Counted from the stretch's first letter, positions 9,600 to 20,661 are shown. The stretch is 64,000 nt of DNA from Dehalococcoidia bacterium (GCA_050011565.1 JBEKIW010000003.1:1-64000), one strand, 5' to 3'. Made by a program: numbers and translations. Notes: generated from the letters alone by a model not told the origin.

Positions 9600-10886
9600 A
9601 TGAGAATAGTTGAAGGTTTCCAAAAGGCAAAACCTCTGTTGACGCGAGAAATCCCGCGGTACGGAGCCGCGCCTGAGGCTACAGTCAAACGCATACTGGC
9701 TGAGGTACGAGCCAAAGGCGATAAAGCTCTCTTTACATACACCAAAAAGCTGGATGGCGTCGAGCTCAAGTCATTGGATGTAAGTAACAGCGAAATTTCA
9801 GATGCCTACAAGAAGGTAGATAAAAAACTGTTGGCAGCGCTGAAGTTAGCGGCGGATAGAATAGAACAGTTCCATTTCTTATGTAAGCAAAGGCTTAAAC
9901 CTGGATTTCTTACTAAAGGCCTGGGCCGCCTGATAAGACCGCTGAACAGGGTGGGCATTTACGTGCCCGGCGGCAGCGCTGCTTATCCCTCGACAGTGCT
10001 GATGACCGCCATACCGGCACGGGTAGCCGGAGTAAAAGAAATCTTTGTCGTCACTCCGCCTAAAAAGAAAGGGGTAATTCCACCGCCAACGCTGGTGGCA
10101 GCTGATATAGCCGGGGTCAATCGCATCTTTAAAATAGGCGGGGCTCAAGCTATTGCCGCCCTGGCCTTTGGCACCGAATCAGTACCGAAGGTGGACAAGA
10201 TATGCGGTCCGGGCAATGTTTTCGTGGTTGCAGCCAAGAGAATGGTCTACGGTACGGTGGACATAGAGAGCTTTCCCGGGCCCAGTGAGATAATAATTGT
10301 AGCCGATGACACGGCTGATGCCTCATTCTGCGCCGCCGACCTCATCGCCCAGGCCGAACACGACCCGCTGGCTTCAGCTATCTTAATTACCACTTCGTCC
10401 AAATTGGCTAAGGCAGTTGATGTCGAGATAAAAAAACAACTGGCGAGGTTGGAACGGAAGACCATTGCCGCAAAGGCTCTAAAATCCGGAGGCATGTTAG
10501 TGGTGGTCAAGAGTCCGGATGAAGCCATCGAGCTGGTCAACCTGTACGCGCCGGAACATGTATCGCTGATGCTGCGCAATGCCGGCAGTTACGCACAGAA
10601 AATCAGAGATGCCGGCTGTATTTTCATTGGCGGCAGCTCGCCGGTAGCGTTAGGCGATTATATTGCCGGGCCGAGCCATGTCTTGCCTACGGGAGGCAGC
10701 GCCCGTTTTAGTTCCCCGCTCGGTGTTGAGGACTTCCTCAAAATCACCAATGTTATCGGCCTGGACGAAGCTGCCGGGAAAGAGCTGGGGCAAGCAGCCA
10801 TAACCATAGCTGAGGCTGAAGGACTCGAAGGTCATGCTCAAGCCATCAGGTTAAGACTCAAAGACAGCAGGAAAGAGACAAAATGA
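9600..10886 (+). CDS. hisD: Histidinol dehydrogenase
   Basis: GIYVPGG, GGAQAIAALA, GPGN, AQAEHD, PEH, GDYIAGPSHVLPT; start ATG 9600 (or 9588). Confidence 0.97.
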   Translation: MRIVEGFQKAKPLLTREIPRYGAAPEATVKRILAEVRAKGDKALFTYTKKLDGVELKSLDVSNSEISDAYKKVDKKLLAALKLAADRIEQFHFLCKQRLKPGFLTKGLGRLIRPLNRVGIYVPGGSAAYPSTVLMTAIPARVAGVKEIFVVTPPKKKGVIPPPTLVAADIAGVNRIFKIGGAQAIAALAFGTESVPKVDKICGPGNVFVVAAKRMVYGTVDIESFPGPSEIIIVADDTADASFCAADLIAQAEHDPLASAILITTSSKLAKAVDVEIKKQLARLERKTIAAKALKSGGMLVVVKSPDEAIELVNLYAPEHVSLMLRNAGSYAQKIRDAGCIFIGGSSPVALGDYIAGPSHVLPTGGSARFSSPLGVEDFLKITNVIGLDEAAGKELGQAAITIAEAEGLEGHAQAIRLRLKDSRKETK

Positions 10887-11977
10887 TTTCACCCGAAGAT
10901 ATAGAGGGACTAATAAGGCCGGAGCTAAAAGCCATGCCGGCTTATACACCCATCGAACCGACTGAGGTATTGAGCCGGCGCGTCGGGGTCCCCGAAGAAA
11001 AAGTTATCAAGCTCGATGGCAACGAAAACCCGTACGGCTGCTCACCACGCATAAAACGGGCATTAGCCGACTATGCCTATTATCACCTCTATCCCGACCC
11101 GGAACAGAGAGAGCTGAGAAAAGCACTGGAGAAATACACCGGAATAAGTGCGGAAAACATACTGACCGGCAGCGGCAGCGACGAGCTTATCGACCTCGTC
11201 CTGCGACTGTTTATTCAGCCCGGAGACAGGGTGATCAACTGCCCGCCCACCTTCGGCATGTATCCCTTCAGCACCGACGTCTGCGGCGGCAAAGTGGTCA
11301 GTGTACCGAGAAAGCCGGACTTCTCCATCGATGCGGCAGCCACCAAGAAAGCCATGGATAAGGGGGCGAAGGTTATTTTTATCGCGTCACCGAACAACCC
11401 TTCTGGCAACATAACAGAGGAGCCAGCTATTCTGGAGCTCTTAAATAGTGCCGCTGTGGTAGTAATCGATGAAGCCTATTTTGAATTCAGCGGCGTAACG
11501 GTGGCGTCTCTGGTTACCAAGTACCCAAATTTAATAGTTCTTCGTACCTTCAGCAAATGGGCCGGGCTGGCCGGCCTGAGAGTCGGCTACGGCATTTTCC
11601 CGGTTAACATAGCTGAATATCTAATGAAAATTAAACAACCTTATAATGTCAATACTGCCGCTCAAGTAGCCGCTCTGGAATCGCTCAAGGATATGAGCTA
11701 TCTGCGCGGTATGATTAAGGCTATCATTCAAGAGCGGGAACGGCTAATGACCAGGCTTAGTCAGCTCGACTGGCTAAAAGTTTATCCTTCCCGGGCTAAT
11801 TTCATACTGTGCTCGGTGCTTAACGGCAAGGCAAAGGCTATACATCAGGGATTGCAGAAAAAAGGCATCTTCGTCCGCTACTTCGACACACCGCAGTTGA
11901 AGGACTGCTTGCGTATTAGCGTGGGCAAGCCGGAACATACCGATGCCTTAATTGCCGCATTGAAAGAGATTCGCTAA
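10883..11977 (+). CDS. hisC: Histidinol-phosphate aminotransferase
   Basis: NENP, PNNP, DEAY, RTFSK..GLAGLRVG. Confidence 0.97.
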   Translation: MISPEDIEGLIRPELKAMPAYTPIEPTEVLSRRVGVPEEKVIKLDGNENPYGCSPRIKRALADYAYYHLYPDPEQRELRKALEKYTGISAENILTGSGSDELIDLVLRLFIQPGDRVINCPPTFGMYPFSTDVCGGKVVSVPRKPDFSIDAAATKKAMDKGAKVIFIASPNNPSGNITEEPAILELLNSAAVVVIDEAYFEFSGVTVASLVTKYPNLIVLRTFSKWAGLAGLRVGYGIFPVNIAEYLMKIKQPYNVNTAAQVAALESLKDMSYLRGMIKAIIQERERLMTRLSQLDWLKVYPSRANFILCSVLNGKAKAIHQGLQKKGIFVRYFDTPQLKDCLRISVGKPEHTDALIAALKEIR

Positions 11978-12017
11978 CGCGGTATTTATCGATAGAGAAT
12001 AAAGCGAGGTTGAAAAC

Positions 12018-12608
12018 ATGGCTGATAGAAAAGCTACGGTGACCAGGGAAACCAAGGAAACTTCCATAAAGGTGGAGTTGAATATCGATGGCACAGGGCA
12101 GTCCGAAATTACCACGGGAATCAGGTTCTTCGACCATATGCTCGGTCAATTGGCCCAGCACGGAATATTTGATATAAAGCTGTCAGCTACAGGGTCCGAC
12201 CAGCATCACGTGGTTGAAGATGTTGCCATCTGTCTGGGCAAAGCCTTTAACCAGGCACTGGCAGACAGGCGCGGCATAATCCGGATGGCGCATGCGGCTG
12301 TACCTATGGATGATGCCCTGGCGATGGTCGCCCTGGATATCGGCGGCAGAGGTTATACAGGCTTCGAAGCTACCTTTAACGACACCAGCATCGAAAAAAT
12401 GTCGGCTGACCTGATTCGCCACTTCTTCGTTTCCTTTGCCTCGGAAGCGAAGCTCAACGTACATGTCAGGGTTCTGAGCGGTATCGACGACCATCACAAA
12501 GCGGAAGCTATGTTCAAAGCCCTGGCCCGGGCCCTTGACGCGGCGACCCGCCTGGATGAGCGAATCGCCGGAAGAATTCCCAGCACCAAGGATACCATCG
12601 AGAGCTAG
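12018..12608 (+). CDS. hisB: Imidazoleglycerol-phosphate dehydratase
   Basis: RETKET, FFDHM, HHVVED, HHKAEA, PSTK. Confidence 0.97.
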   Translation: MADRKATVTRETKETSIKVELNIDGTGQSEITTGIRFFDHMLGQLAQHGIFDIKLSATGSDQHHVVEDVAICLGKAFNQALADRRGIIRMAHAAVPMDDALAMVALDIGGRGYTGFEATFNDTSIEKMSADLIRHFFVSFASEAKLNVHVRVLSGIDDHHKAEAMFKALARALDAATRLDERIAGRIPSTKDTIES

Positions 12609-13858
12609 CTAACCGCGAATTCCAGTAAATCGGCTTTAATCGTGTCCTTGAGATACTGGACTGCCCAATCCACAAGCGCCTGGTCCTTGAGGTCGGACAC
12701 AATGTCAGGCGTCAGGCCGACACCATCTATAGGTCTGCCAAACGGAGTCAGCCACTTGTAAGCAGTTATATGCAAAGCTGAACCGTCACTTAGATTGTGA
12801 ATAATCTGAACACTGCCCTTGCCGAAGGTCTGGCTGCCTATTAGTTTAGCCCGGCCATAGTCCTGGAGAGCGCCCGCTACTATCTCGCTGGCGCTGGCGC
12901 TGCCATTGTTCACCAGCACAACCATTGGCAAATGAGTGCCTATGCCGCCTGCCTTCACCGGCACCACACTTTCATTTCCCGTATCATCCACTACCTTAGC
13001 CACCAATCCCATGGCCAGAAATTGACTGGCGACGTCAGCAGACGAGGTAAGCAAGCCACCGGGGTTATTACGAAGGTCAAGGACAACGCCCCTGGCCCCT
13101 TTACCGATAGCCTCGGTTAGGGCACTCTGCAAATCACCGCCGGTAGATTGCAGGAACTGGGTAATCTTGATATAAGCAATATCATCGTGCATTTCCAGAG
13201 AAACGCTTTTGCCTGTTATCTCGGCCCGGACTATCGGAATAGCCACCGGTTCGTTTTCACCCTCATGAAGTACCAGAAGCTTCACCGTGGTGCCTGCTGC
13301 CCCTCGGATTTTAAAGGTGGCTTCGATCAGGCTCATAGTGGAAGTACGCTGACCGTCAATCTCCAGAATCTTGTCGCCGGGCTTGATACCGGCTTTTTCA
13401 GCGGGGGTGTCGGCAACCGGCGACACCACAGTTAGCTGATTATCTTTCATGCTGATAACAGCCCCAATGCCTTCAAATTTGCCCTCAAGGTTACTCATCT
13501 CCAGCTTGTGAGTTTCAGGGTCGGCATAAGAGCTAAATTGGTCGAGCGACTGCATCATGCCTCTGACCGCGCCTTCGCTCAGCTTTTTAGGGTCCAGCTT
13601 ACTCTTATCTACATAGTTGTCGTTTAGCGCTCGCCAGGCTTCACTGAGAACATTAAAGTCAGCAGGCAGTTTAACATCGACATTAGGAGCGATCTGGGGC
13701 ACTAAATTGTTTGTTTCAGCCGGCTTACCTGTTTCGATAGATGTAATGCCGGGGATAACCTTCTCATTAATAAAGGTGCAGCCACCGCCTAATACGGGCA
13801 AAATAAGAAGCAGAATTGCTAATACCAAAGACACGGGGACAGCTCTTTTTATACGCAT
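12605..13858 (-). CDS. ctpA: S41 family C-terminal processing peptidase with PDZ domain
   Basis: GIGA PDZ, DLRNNPGG, SASASE, TFGKGSVQ; lipoprotein-like signal. Confidence 0.93.
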   Translation of the reverse strand: MRIKRAVPVSLVLAILLLILPVLGGGCTFINEKVIPGITSIETGKPAETNNLVPQIAPNVDVKLPADFNVLSEAWRALNDNYVDKSKLDPKKLSEGAVRGMMQSLDQFSSYADPETHKLEMSNLEGKFEGIGAVISMKDNQLTVVSPVADTPAEKAGIKPGDKILEIDGQRTSTMSLIEATFKIRGAAGTTVKLLVLHEGENEPVAIPIVRAEITGKSVSLEMHDDIAYIKITQFLQSTGGDLQSALTEAIGKGARGVVLDLRNNPGGLLTSSADVASQFLAMGLVAKVVDDTGNESVVPVKAGGIGTHLPMVVLVNNGSASASEIVAGALQDYGRAKLIGSQTFGKGSVQIIHNLSDGSALHITAYKWLTPFGRPIDGVGLTPDIVSDLKDQALVDWAVQYLKDTIKADLLEFAVS

Positions 13859-13934
13859 GATTTACCTCCGTCCGTCAGGACATAATAAAGAAATATGACA
13901 GGTATTGTAGCAGTTTATAGCGGAAATAAGAAAT

Positions 13935-14165
13935 TTAAAATTGCTGATTTTGAGCCACCACCCGTCTCACCAGCTCGAGTGTCCTGTCCAAGCTGTCTAA
14001 GGCTAAAGAAAGTCCCAGTTGCTCTAGCTCGGCACGTCCCAACCCTTTAAACAGGCGCTGCCCAGCCACTAATGCCATCTCGTCATAAAGAACCGGCCAG
14101 CCAGTGCCGCGCCTGTCCACGCAAAACAAAATAAAATCCCGAAGTTCAGGGGCTAAAGAATTCAT
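13935..14165 (-). CDS. Small hypothetical protein
   Basis: 76-aa ORF filling the gap between rnpB and ctpA on the same strand. Confidence 0.65.
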   Translation of the reverse strand: MNSLAPELRDFILFCVDRRGTGWPVLYDEMALVAGQRLFKGLGRAELEQLGLSLALDSLDRTLELVRRVVAQNQQF

Positions 14166-14249
14166 GTGGATATAAAAAAGAACGCAAAAAGCCCCTGAAA
14201 AGTTTAGCTTTTTACATCAGATTCGGGAGCAAATTATCATAAATAAACA

Positions 14250-14612
14250 GGGCTAAGTAAATCTATAAGCCGAGTTCAGTACTCCGAAATAATCGGAGCG
14301 GTGACCATCCATCTAGCCCTGATGTTGCCATCAGGGTCAAGCGACCAACCCGGGGTAGGGCCGGGCGTCCCTCTAAACCCTCTATTTGGTCTTGCTCCGG
14401 GTGTGGTTTACCCAGCCGGCCAGTCACCTGGCCGCTGGTGAGCTCTTACCTCACCATTTCACCCTTACTCTTCATACAAAGAGCGGTATGTTTCTGTGGC
14501 ACTTTCCGTAGGGTCACCCCTCCTGGGCGTTACCCAGCACCCTGCCCGGTGGAGCTCGGACTTTCCTCCCTGATTTCTACAAACCAGAGCGGTCACCCAA
14601 TTTACTTAGCCC
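14250..14612 (-). ncRNA. rnpB: RNase P RNA (bacterial type A)
   Basis: Minus strand shows GAGGAAAGUCCGAGC, AGUGCCACAGAAA, GGUAAACC...GAGCAAGACCAA and ACUCGGCUUA; termini pair as P1 (GGGCUAAGUAAAU / AUUUACUUAGCCC). Confidence 0.97.
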
Positions 14613-14650
14613 GATATTTACTTTACACCCTGGTCTGAGAGCCGTCAAAT

Positions 14651-15064
14651 CTAAGCTTTTTGGCTGGTGAACTTCTGCAGCGCCGCTTTGGCCAGGGCAT
14701 GGGCTTCATTATTGCCCTCATGTCCGACGTGGACAATGGACAGTTCGGAGAACTTTTTACACAGCTCAAGGGCTTCTTTATACAATGGAAAGAGGAAAAG
14801 GTTTCTTACCTTATAACTGCCGATCAATTGTTTGGCCACGAGTTCCGAATCCAAATAGAGCGTAGCCTGGTCTGCTTTAAATCTGGCGGCTTCTTTCAAC
14901 CCGGCGATAACCGCCTGATATTCCGCCTGATTATTAGTGCCCTCTCCTATATATCGCGAGACCTTAGCTAAAACCTTCTGCTGTTCATCCTTAATAATGG
15001 CGCCGATGGCCGCCGGTCCGGGATTGCCCCAGGAAGCTCCGTCAGCATATATTTTTAGATTCAT
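14651..15064 (-). CDS. rnhA: Ribonuclease HI (archaeal-like type)
   Basis: YADGAS.GNPG, TNNQAEY, DSELV. Confidence 0.92.
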   Translation of the reverse strand: MNLKIYADGASWGNPGPAAIGAIIKDEQQKVLAKVSRYIGEGTNNQAEYQAVIAGLKEAARFKADQATLYLDSELVAKQLIGSYKVRNLFLFPLYKEALELCKKFSELSIVHVGHEGNNEAHALAKAALQKFTSQKA

Positions 15065-15134
15065 TTTATAAACGACTGAAAGTCCACTGCAACCGGTTAG
15101 GGTTGCCTATATTGATGTAAAACCGAGGCAACTA

Positions 15135-15830
15135 CTAGCCCAAACAGAGTATCCTGCCGCAGCTACTGCACTGTATTAAATCCCCGGCTCTGGCTCGCTG
15201 CAACTCGTTCACTGCCAGGTTAAGCCGGCACCCCTGGCATCTGCCCTGCTCGATTTTCACGACGGCCTGTCCCTTTCTCAACCTTATTCCCTCATAAAGC
15301 TCCAGAGTTTGCTTGGCAATATCCGCGGCCAATGCCTGCCGCTTCCGGCTCAGGTCAGACAGTCGACTTTTTACCTTGGCTTGTCTTTGAGCGAGTTCTT
15401 TCTGTTCCCGTTGCCACTCCCCTTCCAGGTTACCGAGTCGTTCACTATTTATCTTTATTCTGTCCTGTACTGACTCTATCTCAGCCATCAGGTCAAGCAG
15501 ATCGTCTTCCTTCTGCCTCAACTTAGCCTTGAAAATATCAAGCTCTTTCTCGAGGCTGACCAGTTCTTTAGGGTTCTTACTTTTGCCGCCGTACAGCTTA
15601 TCGTTTACCTGCTTGATGCTGTTTCGCAGGTCTTCGATCTCCCACTCCACATCCCGCTGCTGCTTTTCCGTCTCAGCCAGGTGCTTCTGCTCAGCGAGAA
15701 GCTCAGCCTTAACCTGGGTCAAAGCCTCGCTCTCACCTAGCTGGCGATTGATGTCATCTAAAGTCTCTTGTTCCTTTTGAATGTTAAGGTCGATTTGCTG
15801 TAAATCGTAGAGCGTCCTGGCTAATGTCAT
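15135..15830 (-). CDS. Coiled-coil protein with C4 zinc ribbon (DUF164-like)
   Basis: Long coiled coil, CQGC...CSSCGRIL. Confidence 0.88.
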   Translation of the reverse strand: MTLARTLYDLQQIDLNIQKEQETLDDINRQLGESEALTQVKAELLAEQKHLAETEKQQRDVEWEIEDLRNSIKQVNDKLYGGKSKNPKELVSLEKELDIFKAKLRQKEDDLLDLMAEIESVQDRIKINSERLGNLEGEWQREQKELAQRQAKVKSRLSDLSRKRQALAADIAKQTLELYEGIRLRKGQAVVKIEQGRCQGCRLNLAVNELQRARAGDLIQCSSCGRILCLG

Positions 15831-15906
15831 GCCAGGCTAATTCTACGTGACAAAGACGAGGCCTGTCAAAGGTTGGCAGTGGACAAGAGTGTTATGTGGA
15901 CGCCGA

Positions 15907-16545
15907 CTATCTTGTATATTCCAGAACAATAACCTGGGTACTGGCAGGGAGGTTGGACCGGCTGACGGAGAGCTTAGGTTGGGAGACCTTTTCCTTTATT
16001 CCCATCTCTTTTAAAAACTTGTCCACCGGCTCAAGGTCTTTTTTCAGTGTCGCTGTTTTGTAGTGCATGGGGATGGCGACTTTAGGCGTCAGACGCCTCA
16101 CTATCTCAGCAGCCGTCGAACCACCTATGGTAGATATGCCACCGACGGGTAAAAACAGCACGTCGATGTCTCCCACGTCCTCTATAAGCTCGGATGACAG
16201 CTGATGACCAAGGTCGCCCAAATGGCACAAAGTAATGCTGTCCATTTCAAAAAGATAAATCGTATTTTTGCCCAGCTTTTGTCCCTGGTCGGCATCATGC
16301 CAGGTGGCTATGCCGGTGATGAACGTTTCCTTTATCTCATATTCACCGGGCCCTTTAATCACTTTATACTCGCCGCTGACGGCCTGGGTGTAGGAATGGC
16401 CGGGATGAAAGTGGCTCACGGTAACTATGTTGGCCTGGGGCCGGCCCAGAGAATAACCCAGCCCCGGAGGGTACGGGTCGGTGATAACTGTAACTTCCTT
16501 ACCCTTGATGCGAAAACAGGAATAACCTAACCAGGTGATATCCAT
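15907..16545 (-). CDS. MBL-fold metallo-hydrolase
   Basis: ITWLG.SCF, TDP, SHFHPGH, HLGD, IPMHY. Confidence 0.9.
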   Translation of the reverse strand: MDITWLGYSCFRIKGKEVTVITDPYPPGLGYSLGRPQANIVTVSHFHPGHSYTQAVSGEYKVIKGPGEYEIKETFITGIATWHDADQGQKLGKNTIYLFEMDSITLCHLGDLGHQLSSELIEDVGDIDVLFLPVGGISTIGGSTAAEIVRRLTPKVAIPMHYKTATLKKDLEPVDKFLKEMGIKEKVSQPKLSVSRSNLPASTQVIVLEYTR

Positions 16546-16587
16546 GTCGATGACCTCAATGAGAATCAGTTAGCAGAGGTGTATCTT

Positions 16588-17172
16588 TCAATTTCTAAAT
16601 CGCCGCAGGAGCAGCCAGCCCGAAGGCAAAATCAAGGCGGCAGCAGCCAACTTTACTAAATCGCCGATTACAAATGGATAAAGCCCGACCTGCAACACCT
16701 TATCTACAGGAACAAAATGCACCAGCCATAGCAGGCCAAAAACATACAACACACTTTCGCCGGCCAGCATGGCCAGAGCCGCCGTCCATACACGCCTGTC
16801 CCAACCTCTTTCCGCCAGCCAGCCGACAACGAAAGCGACGGCCACGAAGCCAATCAGATAGCCGCCCGTAGGGCCAACCAGACGAGCTATGCCCGGCGGA
16901 CCGCCAAGCGCAAACCAAAAAGGTATGCCGGTAGCACCTATGGCCAGATAGCTGAGCTGACTCAAAGCGCCGCGCCGGCTGCCCAAAAGAGCGCCGGTCA
17001 CAAGAACGGCAAATGTCTGCCCCGTAATCGGCACCGGGCCGATCCAGAAACTTATCTGGGCCAAGGCGGCCGTTAAGCAAGCAAAGCCAACCACCAGAAC
17101 GGCATCCCAGATAAGACCGGTCCTGGAAATTGCCACATCCATAAAAGTAATCCGGGCAGTTGACGTTTTCAT
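16588..17172 (-). CDS. bioY: Biotin ECF transporter S component
   Basis: PVPITGQTFAV, GPTGGYLIGF, PFVIGD. Confidence 0.93.
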   Translation of the reverse strand: MKTSTARITFMDVAISRTGLIWDAVLVVGFACLTAALAQISFWIGPVPITGQTFAVLVTGALLGSRRGALSQLSYLAIGATGIPFWFALGGPPGIARLVGPTGGYLIGFVAVAFVVGWLAERGWDRRVWTAALAMLAGESVLYVFGLLWLVHFVPVDKVLQVGLYPFVIGDLVKLAAAALILPSGWLLLRRFRN

Positions 17173-17306
17173 TCTATTCGCGCCTCCTCATTACCGACAG
17201 ACGGAAATCAAGTATAGCAGTGGATGAGCACGAGGTCAACTTTTGTTAGCTACAACCGGTAACACAATTGACGCCGGACGGCGGTGGCGGGTAAAATTCC
17301 GGTATC

Positions 17307-18569
17307 ATGTACGAAAAATTTACCCTAGACAATGGTCTGCGTCTCCTCACCAGCGAAATGCCCCACACCCGTTCTGTCTCCGTCGTCTTTTTCCTGGGAG
17401 TTGGCTCGCGTTATGAAATTGACTCTGAAGCCGGCATTTCCCACTTCATCGAGCATCTTTGTTTCAAGGGCACAGACAAACGCCGCACCGCCAAGGAAAT
17501 AAGCGAAGCTATTGAAAGCGTCGGCGGTATACTCAACGGCGGTACTGACAAAGAGTTGACTACTTACTGGTGTCGGGTAACCAGCGAGCACTTTCTTTTA
17601 TCGCTGGACGTGCTAATCGACCTGCTGCGCAGTTCACGCTTTGCGGCTGGAGATATCGACCGCGAACGTCAGGTAATTATCGAGGAAATAAATATGAGCC
17701 TCGACTCTCCCAGACAGCGGGTGGCTATGTTGATAGACGAGATTCTATGGCCGGGGCAGCCGTTAGGACGAGACATAGCTGGAAGCAGAGAAACATTAAC
17801 CGCTCTGACGCGCCAACAAATGCTGGACTTCTTCTCCAACGCCTACCTGCCAAATAATACTGTGATTAGTATTGCCGGCGATATACAACAGAAGGAAATA
17901 CAGGACGCCGTAAGTAAGGCTTTAGGCGGATGGAAACCCAACAAAATACCGTCAGACTTCCCCAACACCGGCAACCAGGAAGCTCCCAGGTTGAAAATCG
18001 AGTTCAGGGAAACCGAACAGGTCCAGCTTTGCCTGGCCGTACCCGGATTTTCTTATTTCGACCCTGACCGTTTTGCAGTTGATCTGCTCAGCACCATACT
18101 GGGAGAAGGAATGAGCAGCCGCCTTTTCACCGAGATTAGAGAGCAACAGGGGCTTGCCTATGACATCCATAGCTACGCCGACCACTTTGCCGATTCAGGT
18201 GCGGTCATCATCTATGCCGGAGTTGACTCAAGCCGGGTCGATAAAGCGGTGAAAGCCATCATCGACCAGCTTTCCAAGATCAAGGAGCAGATTTCAGACG
18301 CCGAACTCAAGAAGGCCAAGGAGATAGCTAAAGGGCGTCTACTGCTGGGCCTGGAGAGCAGCCGAAATGTTGCCGGATGGCTGGGAGCACAAGAGCTGCT
18401 GACTAAACGCATACTTACACCCGATGAGGTGATAGCACTGGTTGAGGCGGTTACTATCGAAGACCTGAAACGCGTGGCGCGACAGCTCTTCACCGGCGAA
18501 AAGCTGAACCTGGCTGTCGTGGGTCCGGTCAAAAAAGAAGTGCCCTTGGCTAAGCTGCTGAAGATTTGA
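17307..18569 (+). CDS. M16 (pitrilysin) family Zn peptidase
   Basis: HFIEHLCFKGT (HxxEH), GMSSRLF.EIRE. Confidence 0.95.
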   Translation: MYEKFTLDNGLRLLTSEMPHTRSVSVVFFLGVGSRYEIDSEAGISHFIEHLCFKGTDKRRTAKEISEAIESVGGILNGGTDKELTTYWCRVTSEHFLLSLDVLIDLLRSSRFAAGDIDRERQVIIEEINMSLDSPRQRVAMLIDEILWPGQPLGRDIAGSRETLTALTRQQMLDFFSNAYLPNNTVISIAGDIQQKEIQDAVSKALGGWKPNKIPSDFPNTGNQEAPRLKIEFRETEQVQLCLAVPGFSYFDPDRFAVDLLSTILGEGMSSRLFTEIREQQGLAYDIHSYADHFADSGAVIIYAGVDSSRVDKAVKAIIDQLSKIKEQISDAELKKAKEIAKGRLLLGLESSRNVAGWLGAQELLTKRILTPDEVIALVEAVTIEDLKRVARQLFTGEKLNLAVVGPVKKEVPLAKLLKI

Positions 18570-18603
18570 GATTGCTTCGGGGCTTATGCCCCTCGCGATG
18601 ACA
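18568..18603. repeat. Short palindromic element, GAGATTGC...TGACA family
   Basis: gagattgcttcggggcttatgcccctcgcgatgaca; related to 59664..59769. Confidence 0.6.
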
Positions 18604-18614
18604 GGTAAAAGAAG

Positions 18615-18643
18615 AAAGAGCCGTCCTACTCGGACGGCTCTTT
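18615..18643. terminator. Bidirectional intrinsic terminator
   Basis: aaagagccgtcc-tactc-ggacggctcttt between the convergent M16 peptidase and groL genes. Confidence 0.85.
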
Positions 18644-18670
18644 GCTAAAATTATCTAGAACCTTTTAAGT

Positions 18671-20281
18671 CTAGTACTCGGGCATGGATGGCATAGAAGG
18701 AGTTTTTTCCTTCTCCGGTATGTCCGTCACCAGCGCTTCGGTGGTTAGAATCATATTAGCGATACTGGAAGCATTCTCCAGTCCGGTCCTGGTAACCTTA
18801 AGCGGGTCGATGATGCCCTTGGTTACCATATCGCCGTAATCGTCCCTCAGCGCATCGAATCCAACACCTTTCTTGCTGCGCTTGACTTTGTCCACCACCA
18901 CCGAACCTTCCTCACCGGAGTTTATGGCAATCCAGCGCAGCGGCTCTTCCAGAGCCTGCTTGAGAATAGCCACTCCGGTGGCTTCATCGCCTTCCGCCTT
19001 AATTTTATCCAGGGCCGAAATAGCGTTGATTAAGGCAACTCCGCCTCCAGGCAGAATGCCCTCTTCAACGGCAGCCCTGGTAGCTGAAAGCGCATCCTCC
19101 ACCCGGTGCTTTTTCTCTTTAAGCTCAACTTCAGTGGCAGCTCCCACCTTAATCACGGCCACACCGCCAGCCAATTTAGCCAGCCTCTCCTGAAGTTTCT
19201 CTTTATCATAATCAGAGGTGGTCTCGTCGATCTGCGCTTTTATCTGCTTGATGCGGGCCTTTATATCAGCTTCCGAGCCTTTACCTTCAACTATAGTGGT
19301 ATTGTCCTTGTCGGCCACTACCTTGCGGGCACGACCCAGGTCGGCCACAGTAGTTGAGTCCAGCTTGCGTCCTATCTCCTCGGAGATTACCTTGCCGCCG
19401 GTCAGCATAGCTATATCCTCAAGCATGGCCTTCCGCCTGTCACCGAAGCCCGGCGCCTTGACCGCCAGACAGTTTAGAGTGCCCCTGAGCTTGTTGACCA
19501 CCAGCGTGGCCAGAGCCTCTCCTTCGACGTCTTCAGCGATAACTACAAAATTTTTAGAAACTTGAAGAATTTTCTCCAGAACAGGCAGCAGGTCAGTTAT
19601 GGCTGAGATTTTCTTGTCAGTAATCAGAATATACGGGTCTTCCAGCTCTGTTTTCATCAGCTCGGGGTTGGTAATGAAATAAGGGCTGATGTAGCCACGG
19701 TCGAATTCCATGCCCTCGACGTACTCAGTTTCGAAGAGCAAACCTTTCGATTCTTCAACCGTAATAACCCCGTCCTTACCTACTTTCTCCATCACCTCAG
19801 CGATAAGACTACCGACCTCGGCGTCAGCCGCTGATATGGTGGCTACTTGTGCCACCTGCTCCTTGGTGGTTACCGGCGTGGACATCTTTTTCAATTCGGC
19901 CACTATCGCCGTCACACCTTTTTCAACACCGCGTTTGAGAGACATGGCGTCGGCCCCGGCAGCGATATTTTTAAAGCCGCCATTAACTATGGCTTGAGCC
20001 AGAACGGTGGCTGTAGTGGTGCCATCGCCGCACTTATCATTGGTCTTGATTGCCGCTTCTTTTACCAGCTGCGCACCCATATTCTCAAAGGGGTCGGGCA
20101 GCTCGATATCCTTGGCGATTGAAACGCCGTCGTTGATAACGTTAGGTGCGCCGAACTTCCTATCCAGAGCTACAGGACGACCGCGCGGTCCCAGGGTAAC
20201 CTTAACCACATTAGCCAGAGCGTCAATGCCAGCCTTTAAGGCTCGCCTTGCCTCTTCACCGTAAAGAATTTGTTTTGCCAT
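18671..20281 (-). CDS. groL: Chaperonin GroEL
   Basis: [21 protein letters not shown]. Confidence 0.99.
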   Translation of the reverse strand: MAKQILYGEEARRALKAGIDALANVVKVTLGPRGRPVALDRKFGAPNVINDGVSIAKDIELPDPFENMGAQLVKEAAIKTNDKCGDGTTTATVLAQAIVNGGFKNIAAGADAMSLKRGVEKGVTAIVAELKKMSTPVTTKEQVAQVATISAADAEVGSLIAEVMEKVGKDGVITVEESKGLLFETEYVEGMEFDRGYISPYFITNPELMKTELEDPYILITDKKISAITDLLPVLEKILQVSKNFVVIAEDVEGEALATLVVNKLRGTLNCLAVKAPGFGDRRKAMLEDIAMLTGGKVISEEIGRKLDSTTVADLGRARKVVADKDNTTIVEGKGSEADIKARIKQIKAQIDETTSDYDKEKLQERLAKLAGGVAVIKVGAATEVELKEKKHRVEDALSATRAAVEEGILPGGGVALINAISALDKIKAEGDEATGVAILKQALEEPLRWIAINSGEEGSVVVDKVKRSKKGVGFDALRDDYGDMVTKGIIDPLKVTRTGLENASSIANMILTTEALVTDIPEKEKTPSMPSMPEY

Positions 20282-20318
20282 CTGCTAAAATCCTCCTATT
20301 TATATTTTGTAGATTTTT

Positions 20319-20615
20319 CTACTTTTTCTTCTTGGCTAAAATATCGCTTTCCCTCAGGACAATCAGCTCCTCATCTCCCTCCTTTATCTCGGTGCCGCCA
20401 TACTTGGCGTAAATCACTATATCACCAACCTTCACATCCATGGGGATACGTTTGCCGTCTTCGGTCATCCTGCCCGGACCCACCGCCATGACCTCGCCCT
20501 CCTGCGGTTTCTCCTTAGCCGTGTCCGGTATCACGATGCCTCCCTTCGTCACCTCCTCCTTGGTACTCGGCTTAACCACTACTCTGTCTCCCAAGGGGTC
20601 AAGTTTTACTGCCAT
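20319..20615 (-). CDS. groS: Co-chaperonin GroES
   Basis: [21 protein letters not shown]. Confidence 0.99.
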   Translation of the reverse strand: MAVKLDPLGDRVVVKPSTKEEVTKGGIVIPDTAKEKPQEGEVMAVGPGRMTEDGKRIPMDVKVGDIVIYAKYGGTEIKEGDEELIVLRESDILAKKKK

Positions 20616-20634
20616 ATTTACCTCCTCTTAAATT

Positions 20635-20661
20635 TTAGCACTCTTAGATAGAGACTGCTAA
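20635..20661. promoter_or_regulatory. CIRCE element (HrcA operator)
   Basis: TTAGCACTC-N9-GACTGCTAA, one mismatch to the consensus, just upstream of groS. Confidence 0.95.

Noticed and set aside
14438-14638. ORFs overlapping rnpB, and ORFs 62388..62696 overlapping 5S
   Set aside because: Spurious frames over structural RNA genes
18873-20264. Long antisense ORFs over groL, and likewise over clpC, pdxS and gatB
   Set aside because: Shadow frames caused by codon bias in conserved genes
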